A stretch of 64,000 nucleotides of DNA, taken from the NCBI RefSeq assembly GCF_000150275.1, contig NW_002060949.1, positions 4,893,006 through 4,957,005 of the forward strand. The letters run 5' to 3'. Below are positions 46,050-57,600 of this stretch, piece by piece. The notes below the pieces were generated by a model. It saw nothing but the letters and a program-made list of their open reading frames with translations. It ran no database searches and was not told the origin of the DNA. The position numbers were made by a program, and so were the translations under genes. How positions within the stretch are numbered: the stretch's first letter is position 1; the number at the start of each line of letters is the position of its first letter. Source of the stretch: Trichoplax adhaerens (Eukaryota; Animalia; Placozoa).

Positions 46050-47700
46050 ATGGATGGATGGATTTAAAGTGTAAGCTATAAGTATGTAAGAAATGATCAT
46101 CTAGTGATTTTTAAGGAAGTAAGTATGCTCACTTTAGGGCTAATCATGGACTACCAAAGAAATACGAATCCGGTATTTCTTTAGTAGTCTATGAGCTAAT
46201 TAATGGCATAAAGTATTTAACCGGAAAAGCAATTATAGACAACCCCTGGTATCATATGCGTTTTTGCGAGTAGTAATGCACCCTTATAGGGTGCGATATA
46301 ATAATATGAAAATGATCGATATTCATTATAAATAGCACTTTTAATAGGAAAACTAATCTTTATTATTAAGAAATTTGAGAAGCAGTAAATAAGTTTCTCT
46401 TGGCCATTCTAGACATTCTATAAATGTACGTATGTATGAGATATAATATATACTGAAAAATAAATTATATGAATTACAATTATAAATACCGCACTTAATT
46501 AGAAAGGCAGATCTTCATTATATAGAGATTTTAAAGTAGTAAACATGCTTGCCCTGGCCAATTGAAGATATTTAACTAGTAATAGCCATTCCAAGCAACC
46601 TATGTGCATGGAATATAACATAGAAATGATCGACACGAACAATAAATAGGGAATTTAATTAGAAAAGCTTATCTGTATAATTTAGAGACTTTAATTTATT
46701 AAAGTATAAATATCTTTCCGCAGGCTAATCAGTGGGATTGAATAACTACAGATATACAATACTGCTTATGTAAAATCAGTGGATTCGATTTATGGTAGAT
46801 GCATAAGCCGTAAACATTTGTATCTCGATCGAAAGAAAATCAATCAGCAGTAACAATCCATTAATACTGTATATCGTAATACAGATTGATGCATGATATC
46901 TAAAATATAAATATGAAAACAATAAAGACGAACTATAGGCGATGTACTGTATTTAATCAAAAGGTTTCAGTTATTATTTAGGGCTATACATTTTAATATA
47001 GTAAACATACTTCTCTAGCCAATTAATGAGATTAATCTATAACAATATTTACCTTCTTGTTTACGATAGGTGTAGTACACATTAAATTGATAGACTTAAT
47101 GTATTGCAAATGCATAAATATTTTTTATTAATTAGACCGTGAAGTTATAAACATGTTCAGTTAGTTAATGAATTAATTAAACAGTAAATCTAACCATATA
47201 GATACAATATGTTGTAACACATCCATTCATATTTCATCCATAGTTAAGCACAAAGACAGAAATGAATTATACTAATAGATAATTTATTTTAATATGTTTT
47301 TATTTATGTTAGATTTTATTAATAAAAATAACTTGTCTATGTTGGCGAATTAATGGAATTAACTAACAACGATTTAGGATATAACATACTAGATATTGTA
47401 CATAGTCTAACCTCAATGAGCTCGTGCTTGATATAAAAATTATCTAATTTATTCACGTGCTGTAATTTAGAGTAGTACTACTTTTCTTAGCTAATACTCT
47501 TGAGATTGATCAGTAATAACATTAGCATATTGCGAACGTAAATTATACACAGTATAATATTGATAGAACTAAATTTATGAGGTACCGCACTTCTATAAGA
47601 AACGACTGCTTTTACGATCTAGACACTTTAAAATGAAAAAAGGAATGCTAAATGCTCACCTTAGCTATTTAATCAAATGTAATCATACGATATAAAACTA
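46050..47700. repeat. Highly degenerate tandem array of about 155-bp units in intergenic DNA
   Basis: TTTAAT.AGAAA..TCT..TAGAGA.TTTAA..AGTAAA.A..CT..GCCAATT motif string recurs near 46340, 46494, 46654 and 46952, with weaker copies to about 47680. Confidence 0.55.
46144..46194. mobile_element. 51-bp palindromic mini-element (22-bp arms, 7-nt loop) with target-site duplication
   Basis: TCATGGACTACCAAAGAAATAC-gaatccg-GTATTTCTTTAGTAGTCTATGA, 2 mismatches between arms, GCTAA on both sides. Confidence 0.65.
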
Positions 47701-50252
47701 ATAAATCTAAATACAGTAAGTGGTATAAAGGATTTCATTTAAGTTTTAAATATGTGATTGACATAATTTCATATTCATATTTTAGGGTTCTATTAGTATT
47801 TGCATCATTCTGGCATTAATAATACAATAATTGCCTTAATAGCTAGATACATATTCTTGGGTCATCAAAGCTTATTCATGATGTTTAGGAGATAGACAAG
47901 ACTCAAATTTGAATAATCTATGCATAGAAAATACAGTTATATTTGAAATATATGATACATACTGCGTATGTGCATATAAGCATTTATTTAACTTCAAGTT
48001 AAAATTTACCCGCGATGTATAGTTATTTGAACTTATTCTACGATTCTTTTTGATTAGTAAACATATATAACTAATATATTTAAAGTCTGTTAGATCATGC
48101 TGGTAAATTAATTTCAAGGCATAACATGATCATAAACTTATGAATATACATTTCATTCTACCCTATTATATATAATAGTAACACTACTGCTAATATCAGG
48201 AATGCACCGGTACCTACCGAGCTGTACTTTTATAGTATAATTACTCTAATAAAATAACTCAACCCTTGGGCTAATGCCTACTAAAATTTATGTACTTGAT
48301 ACAATATATCTACTATATGTTATCTTTATTGCTATTTTGTTATTACTAATTATTATTTATAATTACAATGAATTTCTTACTGAAAATAAAGTATTTAACG
48401 TAAATTTAGCAATATTCATGACGGAGCAAAACGTTCTTATAATAAATGCTATTTAATAACGTTAAATGACTAAATATTATAGTTATAATACGTTAGAATA
48501 GCTGAAATGCATTAATTGCTATTAGTAGATATTAGCACTGTAGTATTGATTATATACTAACTGTAATAGCTCGTGCATTGTCCGTTATAAACAATATTTT
48601 CATAGCAAGTACTTTACATGAAATTATGAAACGTTTAAAGTTATCTCCATAATACTGTGCTGTATATTTATTTGCTACTGTCAGTATTGGCTAATTATAG
48701 GTGATTAGAAATATGCCGTACCTAATTTCCGATATAGAAGCAGTTAGTTTATCGTACACGTATGCGGTTAAGTTCCAAGAGCAAATCTACAACCTTTAGA
48801 GTGCTGTCTTGAAGTATACGGAGAAAATATACGGTAGTACGTATACACACAGGTTCATTAAAATTCATTTAATAATATCAAGATTAATTTTGGTAATTAA
48901 TAGGATGTAGAGCACTTGGCACGACGCATAAAGGTTGCCCATAGTATGGCAGAAAAGAGATTGCTATCACCAATTTCGTAAGCAAATTACTGCTGTCTTA
49001 AATGCGAACGAAGGCTAATTTTAATAGTGAAAGAATTTACTTATGATAGATACAAGGTAGCGAAGTTGATACGGCAACCTTTAAAATTATGTCGAATTTA
49101 AGCCTTTCTAAACTGATTATGATCAAGAAACAATTGCAATTTTAAAATAAATGCCGTCACTACAAGACCTCTTATTTATTGAATAAATTTTCTTATGTCC
49201 CTATAAAAATACATCTAAGTAGAGCGACAATACAATTTATTCTATCTATCTCCTATGTTGATTTACTATGAAATTTACCTTGACGACGTATCCTTCCAGA
49301 ATTCCACACATTCAACAGGAATTAGATGTTTAATTGTTTAATACAATAAAATGCTGATCAATTAAGAAATGAATTTATTAAGGTGCATACAATACAAAAC
49401 AGATTATCACTATACAGCACGTCACATTGAATTTCATACCTTGCATCTTAATAAAATCTCATAATAAAAAATCTAAACCATTAGTCTCTACGAAAATCAT
49501 ATTATACAATATTATTATATCATATTCTGTTTATCCAGATTTATTTCCAGTATTGCTTACGCAAGTAATACATTTTCGTCAATAAAAACAAAGACAATTG
49601 CAGATAAAACCAAATGCTTAAGCATTCAATTTAAATGTAGTCAAATACCTCAGCCAGTTACGATAGTGGGAACTACTGACAGTTAAGATTAAAATTTTTT
49701 CCTTGAGTTAAGGCTATAAAGAACCAATAGTCCTACATAATTTAAGATTAGTTTCGTAGTTTATTACGGCACCATTTTGTACAGAATCGTAGTAAAAACA
49801 AAATGATAAAGATAAGCATTTAATATATTTGCGTATATTGAAAACATTATTAAGACTGTGTAAGGAACGTCAATTAAGCATCTTTTAATTTCGCGCGAAG
49901 GCATAATAATATTCAGATTAATATTATTAAAACATGGCCTTTCTCCTAGTGGAGTTAGTATACTGCAGAAAATTTATATCACCCTCATTCTTATAAAATC
50001 CTGTTATCAATGCGAATGTATATCACAGCAATCAATCACTACCTCGTTCTGATTCTACTATTCCAATATCCGTGTAAAATTATGGATTCGTCGCAAACTG
50101 TACATGTTATAATAACGTATAAAATAATAATATTTACGATTTTCAATTGTCATCATTTTAATAAGAATCATTTAAAACTTGTAGCATTTTATTGCTACAA
50201 AAAGATACATGTGTTTTTAACATTATTTTAGTATTGAATATCTAATTCCAAA

Positions 50253-52130
50253 CTATAATTTTGTATTGTAATAGCTTTTACGATTTAATCGCATGCCTTC
50301 GATAGCTAATTTTAGTAAACGGCGTTGTTGATGAGGTTTAATACCATGTTCTGCTAGCGAGCCATCGATTTCTTCCAATGTATAGTTATGATTTTTGGGC
50401 ATTGGTTGATAGACATTGAATCTACGAGGAATTCAAAATAGCTTAATCAATGATGTTATGAAAGTTAAAATGTAGATAGTGAGTGATTCATTGTTATACA
50501 TATATGTTATTCTTACATTCATGATTAAAATAAATGGAAATAGAATCGGTTGAAAGGACTAGCCTATGAAAAAATGCTTGAGACGGTAATGTGAATCTGT
50601 GTCGTCCAATAATAATTCATAACTATAAGCTTGTCATCTTCAATACAGCTGTGAATCGCCCTTTAAACTTTTTTATTTACTGTAACTATATCAAATAATC
50701 CAATTTGAAGATATCTTGACAAGCAATATATCTTATGAATTTTTTTTCATTTTATTTTCATCGACGACACAAATATGATCATTGCCCTAATCGATTGATG
50801 ATCACGAAGGCATATTTTTATAATGGTGCAATTGGAATAAATGATTACTGTCCTGCTACATAGTACAAGGGATCAAAGTAAGATGGAAAATAAGTATTGT
50901 CTCTTCAAGGTCAAAATAGTATAGCGTACAATTGTACTATGGTGTAGTGTATAAAATTTTTCAGTTTTTGACCATCAACTTGGAGTAATTCAATGGGGAA
51001 AGATATTATACGGCGGAATAGGTGATATGTTGTAATAAGTGTAATGTTGCTATACTAAGATTTCACTTTTACCGGATAACAATATCTTCACTTCAATTTT
51101 TGTTGTTACTGTCGGTAATCAACATGGTAAGTACTGTATTATAGGTAAATAGCGAGGGATAATGTGGTCATGTATTTACTAACGGTTAAGAGGAAAGATG
51201 GCATTCAACTTACCTTCTATCATGTTTTGGTAGTATGCCCATTTTATCGGCTAACATACCCACATAGACATCATCCAATACTTTAATAATACGAGTGCTT
51301 TTAACCTTGGATAGCATGCCTTCTAGGACATCGCTTGTTAAGACGTAAGCATATCCAGAACAAAATTGAGGAAATATATTCTTACTGTATTCACGCCTTG
51401 ATATTGCGTACTTGCTACGACGATCACGTATAGCATAGCGACTTTCTTCTTCAATATGAGCACGACAGATCCACATTTTAGTCGGGAAATAACGTTCCAA
51501 TTGTAAGACTAATTCGAATAACCGTGGCGCATTAATAAAGACGTCATCATCTCCTTTAAAATAAAATTTAGGTCGACAAAAATAATATGCCCAACGCATG
51601 CCCAAGACAGTTTTATCGGTCAACGATTTTAAATTGTCTTGAAAATCACCAAAGACTAAATCACCATGTTCTTCACCTTCTTCAATCACTTTCTTATCCA
51701 CGGCTTCTTTACCCGATTTACCAACTACAAAAACGGTCCTCCATGCAACCGGATGCTTGGTACGACGTGCGTAATCAGAACCATTTCCCCATGAAGTTCT
51801 AATAGCCATTCTACGATCATGATGATTAGGCTTGGAATTAATAACTAATATTAAAAAAGCAGGCGCTTCACAGATTTTAGCGTTGGGTTTCTTAGCATCG
51901 TATTGATAGATTGAAATATCTTCGGTTAGATTGATTATAACGTTGCTATCATTATTGGATGAATGACTTAAAGCTAATGATCTCATGACGGAGAAATTGG
52001 ATACGAGCATATTGGTGGTATCGTTGGGTTCACTAGTTCGAACAATGCGCCGTGTAGCAATAAAAATTCCAGTAAAGCATATAAAATTCAGTAGTAATAA
52101 GAGTTGAATATTGCATCGGGCATAAATCAT
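50253..52130 (-). CDS. GT31 beta-1,3-glycosyltransferase (B3GALT/B3GNT-like), 2 exons
   Basis: Exon 1 52130-51214: N-terminal TM, LVINS, RRMAIRTSWG, DFQDNLKSLTDK, KGDDDVFIN, PQFCSGYAYV, DDVYVG. Exon 2 50421-50253 (not in the ORF track) completes RFNVYQ...AEHGIKP...NTKL stop in the correct phase. Confidence 0.93.
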
Positions 52131-52814
52131 CTTTCACCGAATCCCTTTTCACTGTGTATCCGTCGATGGTGTCGAGGAGAGGAAAAAAAAGAGAAGGAGA
52201 AAAAAAAGATCAATTTCATTGACTGGTCATGTGGTAATCGCTATCCCATGCCTACACAAACTACACTGTATGTCCTATACTTTATCCTATGCTGCAGTAG
52301 TTATCGACAGTTCTGTATTCTTTCATGCTCCAACTTACCGTTGCAATGGTTGTTAATCCAAATATCCAACGGTGTTACTCAAGGAAAAGTCAATTTTCCA
52401 ATTTGTACTGGAGATCCAAATTGAAGAAAAGCAATATTAAAAGAGAAGAGAATCGATTGGCCAACGTTAGGATGTTGAGCTGTACACTTTTCCCTTGTGT
52501 CCTTCTATAGCCTGTCGATCATGGAGTGAAAGTGATGGTTGGTGTAGTGGTCTAAAATGGAAACGATCTTTGCCCTTCCAGTCAACACCAGGATGACCGA
52601 AAGTAATATCGACTTGGAAAGATCAAACTCGTCGGTCAAATCAATTGCAAATGAGATTCACCTTTGAAATCTTTAGTTCAAGGATGACTTTAACTGTAGT
52701 AAAAAGTTGCAGAAATGCATTGGCCATCAATAGTTCATCAATTATGACTAAAGATGTTCAACCAAGAAGTCATTGGGCCAACTTCTCCATCAAGATGATG
52801 TCGCTAACAAGAAG

Positions 52815-52970
52815 ACTACAGTAGTGTACTGTACAGCATCGTACTGTACACTGTAGACTACAATGAGAGGTCTGGCCAGTACAGTACATTGTACTGTATA
52901 CTAGAGTACTGTACACTGGAAGGGGCTTTCACTTCAATTACTCTACTACTATACTGTATGTACTGTAAGT
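52815..52970. repeat. Dense cluster of TACAGTA/TACTGTA words upstream of the GT31 gene
   Basis: 8 copies counted by eye in about 150 bp. Confidence 0.75.
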
Positions 52971-53874
52971 ATAGTATAATAAATTACACAGGCATGTTTA
53001 TGAGAGCTTCTTCTTTTCACACATAACAATTTGGATGAATTTCGTTCTTAAAATGTCGCAAAACATGAGTGTTAATTTCTCTGAAACGAAAAGGATCACG
53101 CTGTACTGTATGCTAAAATGCCAGATGATTATACCTACTGTAAGAGAGATATGATCAAGTCAATCCATTACAGTGGCTGCGCGAAATCAAGGGTTCATAA
53201 GCCTGACGGTCAAACCCATACAGGTACATTCGAGAGATATTTTACCTCTATGGTCAAACTATTTAGCAAGTTATGTCAGGGAACTACTGCCCAAAAAAGA
53301 AAGAAAGGGAAGAGGCGAAGTCAAGCGATCGTTGACTATACTCATCATGTGCAGGCGGATTGATTTTTTGCATCATTTCAACGATATCACATCTTTGTCA
53401 TCGCCTGCTAAGTGAGTAATGTACAGTAGGATAGACGCTTTCATGGGTACCCCCTACAGTAAAGTATAGTAGAATGGCCGGGAAATGATCATGATAGGCC
53501 TCCGCCTTACGGTACAGTCGATCTCACTGACGGCCGCTTTGCGTTCCCTTTTTCCTTTTACTACAGTGCGGCACAGTATGGTGTATTGATTTTGTTTTCA
53601 GGTTAGCAAAATCCTTCTCGAGGTGCTAGAAACAATCTATACAACCGAAGACCCATCCATTTCTCGCCAATTCCATATACTGTAGAATAATATTCAAGAT
53701 GACTATTACTTAATTAATATAGTCTATTTAATTTGCTGTATGAAGAAGATTGTGAAAGCAAAAATCAAGACACTACACTGTGGTCCAGGTCGTGTTCAGA
53801 GCACAACACACCACGAGTAGCATATTTGGGCGTTGTCTAGAGTACAAAGTGCTCAAGGGTTGACTAATGTTTTC

Positions 53875-54310
53875 CTAAATACAGTACAGTATTCCAGTCT
53901 AGCATAGTACAGTACATGTATGACTAGACAGTACTGTCTACTCTAGATATTGTACTGCAGATTTGCAGTCCTGTCTACAGTACTGTGCAGTACTGTAGAC
54001 TAGAAAGTAAAGACTGTACAGTAAAAGTCTCTCCTGCTACAGTGTACAGTACGTGCAGTACTGTCAATTCGTTCAACTGTAGTACTGTACACTGTACAGT
54101 ATTCTTCGCAGGTGACGCTTCGCACTCTCTACTCAGTAGTGTCATACTGTAGGTGACGCTTCCGTAGGTGACGCTTCGCACTCTCTACTCAGTAGTGTCG
54201 TAGGTGACGCTTCCGTAGCTGACGCTTCGCACTCTCTACTGTACTGTACTGTACAGTGTACAGTACTGTGTACAGTGTACAGTGTACAGTGTACTGTACT
54301 GTACTGTACT
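53875..54310. repeat. Dense TACAG/TACTG/TACAGTG concatemer region upstream of the PDZ-LIM gene
   Basis: About 16 TACWGTA copies including TACTGTACTGTACTGTA runs and TACAGTG-TACAGTG-TACAGTG. Confidence 0.8.
54109..54241 (+). promoter_or_regulatory. Tandem repeat carrying five TGACGC (CRE/ATF half-site-like) motifs about 400 bp upstream of the PDZ-LIM ATG
   Basis: TGACGCTTC near 54113, 54154, 54169, 54205 and 54220, alternating CTTCGCACTCTCTACT and CTTCCGTAG continuations. Confidence 0.45.
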
Positions 54311-54611
54311 AGCAGCAAGTCCATACTGTCGGCATAGACAGTGTGCCAGAAGAAATAATCTACTGGTCAACTAAAGCAAAAAAGGCAACCAACATTGGGT
54401 CCATTTTTTCTTTCTTCAACATCTATCTCTACAGTTTACAGCTGGTCGTCTAAGAAACTCAAGCAGTTTACCTGCTAACCTATTCAATTTCGATTGGCAC
54501 TTTGTCAATCTATACCTTATCGTGGTTATTTCAACTCAGTTGATTTGATATTTTACCAATTGTATCCCATTGAATTCAATATTAACAAGAAACAAGCGAG
54601 TGTGTCTATTC

Positions 54612-57600
54612 ATGGCCGATGATACATTCACGGTAGTGTTAGAAGGCGGCAGCCCATGGGGAATCCGTGTACATGGCGGAAAAGATTTTGGATCTCCTAT
54701 TGTAGTACAAAAGGTAAGAGTTAACTTAAAAAGAGGAAGAAATGAAGATAATTTAGCTAGGATACAACGATATCGATTGACTACGGTCAAGTAGTTAATA
54801 TAGCGCCATACAGTACAACAGCGACTACACTGTATACAGTGTAATGTGGACAGAAGCCCTTTGATAAACGATGTTGCCACGGTAATGGGCTAAAGGCCCA
54901 TTGGACTGCACTGCAGAGGGTTATCCCCTTTTTGCTGACATCGTCAACAAAATTCAATATTGCAGTCTATAGGAGAAAGTTAAAATGTAGACAACCGATT
55001 AAATCGACATGCTAGACTGGCTATCATGCCGTACAGGGATCCACACTTTCCTTCTTTGATTGATCGATCGATGTAGTCCAAGCTGTTGCATAGTTAGACA
55101 ACAATGTTTTGTATTGTTTATGCGTCGTTAAGATCGATATGAAAAATAATCTCGGCTTCAAAATTGAAAATGTTCTATATGACAGTGATGTCTTCATTTA
55201 TCAGATAGTCCAGCACTACAGCAATAGCTTGCAGGTAATATACAACTGAATCCTAAAGTAACTTCCGTTCTAGTCATTATAATTATTTATGTTCTAGTTG
55301 CTAAATGCTATAAAAATAAATAAACACTAAGTTAATATAACGCTTACGCATGCAAATAACGTTATTAATCATGAATTTTACATCAGTCACAACTGAAAGC
55401 CGTAGCAAGAGTCCACTTTTAGTAATAACGTCTACAATAATATCCTTCTGAACTACACTCTACTATAACGACCTAGAATAGTTAATTATAATACTAAATA
55501 CGATGCTGTGTTATGTTGAAAGTCATTTCGTAATCAGTTTACATAAAGTTACTCCAGGTTGAATTGTACTATCTGTTAGTCATAACTTGTAACCAATAAT
55601 CTTATTGATGGATAACTATCCTTACTGTCTATGAGGATTAATGAATGCAATCATTAGAGTGCTGATGGCCTTCTAGTATGCAGAATTATAAAACCTGGAC
55701 ACTCCACCTACTTTAAAAAGTAAAGCACCCGCATTATCCAGTTGATCATGCGATTCAAAAATGACGTTGGATAAGTTTACGGATTAAGTTGGAGTAGCAA
55801 TGACTACAAATAGTAGTGAAAAAGTCGCAACTAAAGTATACTCCAATGCATATGGCATACTCACAGTTCGTTGTGCTTACATGAGCTGCAATCTATACGT
55901 ATCCTTGCTAGAAATCGTTAGCAATGCATGTCTGCAATAACATGTAGGACAAGTACGGTATGCAAAGTCCATCTCCTTGAAACAGTTACAAATGATATTA
56001 TTTGGGCTCATATAGCATATGTTTTATATCCTCAAAAACAAAAAATTCAACCGTAGCTTTTAAAGAAGCATATTTATAGTACCATTACATATTAAATTCG
56101 ATTGCAGTCAACTATCGAGATCGGTTTATTTGCCTCTGTTGTGATCAATTATTTTGCAATGTTACCCATAGAAAAGTGTTACTTCACAAAATGGTACAGG
56201 TCTACAACATTATGTTGCTACTCTTTATAAATATTTTATTCTTCCTATCCTTTTAGATCATCCCTGGTGGTAAGGCATCTAAATGTGTTCAATTAAAAGG
56301 CGGTGAATACGTCATAGCTATTAATGACAATCCATGTGGACCTTTGCGACATGTCGAAGTTCAGTCACTAATAAAGAATAGCGGCACATTAAAAATGGTG
56401 CTAACCAGGTAAGCGAGTAGTAAAGTATAGATCGCATATAATGTGGCGGTCACTATGCTATTTATTTTCAAAGTATTTTTACCAGTATTTCACTTCTGAG
56501 TGCATCCAACGTGATCATAAATCTTCCATCTTCCTTTTAGACATATTAATTATTGACTTATCGATATGCGCTAGTTATAAGTAGCAGTAGCTCTCATCAA
56601 CAAATGCAAATCAGTTATCCACTGAACTTGTCACAATTTTTCTTTAATCGAGTCGCCAGTTTTTATTTCTTGTATATGTATGTACACTATTTTGCCAGGA
56701 TGATATCTAATTTTTCATCTGTAAGTAATATCTCGATTTTATATGTGTAGCAATATAAAAATTCTTTATTTTATTAACGATGAACCCTTCACTACATAGA
56801 CATCATAATAGAACCTATGATGTAATTGGTAACCTAAGTTTTGGCATTTGCTATTAATTATACAAATTATTTTGATAAATTTCAAACAAACTACTATTCC
56901 TTTAAGACAACACTAACCGTACTTTATGGTAACTACACAATACGTAATATATATTTATTCAAGTATTGTTTTTTGGATGGAGGAAATAATTCGATTCTGT
57001 AGCATGCTTTATTTGCTAGCGCAAAGTAGTAGCGATAGTACTTATTACAGGGCATTATCATCGTTCACCTTTTATGTACTGTATGTGTAGTTAATGTACA
57101 GCCAAATTATTACTTCGTTGTTTTATATTGTAAGTATTATCTACTTTATTCCACATATATTAATACGATAGCATTACAATAATTTCAATAGCAGATTTGC
57201 TGTAGGTAGTTGCATAGCTGCTCCTTTACTTATCATCAGTCTACGTGGTCTTTTGCAAAAAGCTTAATTTTTTGAAATTAATTGCATTTTTTCTTTAATT
57301 ATCCGGAGTCGATAACACAATCAACATATTACGTAACATCAGACAGGATAGTTGCAGTAATGTAATTAAATTAACCAATTCAATGAGTTATTAACAATAA
57401 TTTATTGTATCATGTCTTTAATTTGTATATAGTTCCAAACTCACTGCCTCTAAAGCTAACAGTAGTGCTGCTGCTTCTACTGCTAAACGTCCATCGAAAG
57501 ATTTAACTACATCAAAGCCGCCAGGAATAAAAGACGCCACTATTAAAGCCTATTCCAAGATGCAATCCAAATCCCCTAAAAATGGTACTATTACTCCCTA

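Noticed and set aside
53118-53415. Overlapping 80-aa ORFs with NPLQW and ERYFTS faintly recalling the hAT dimerisation domain
   Set aside because: The motifs are in different frames with the wrong spacing, and there are no terminal repeats or other transposase sequence.
53975-54324. Minus-strand ORFs (RECEASP, TVQY repeats)
   Set aside because: Translation artefacts of the tandem repeats.
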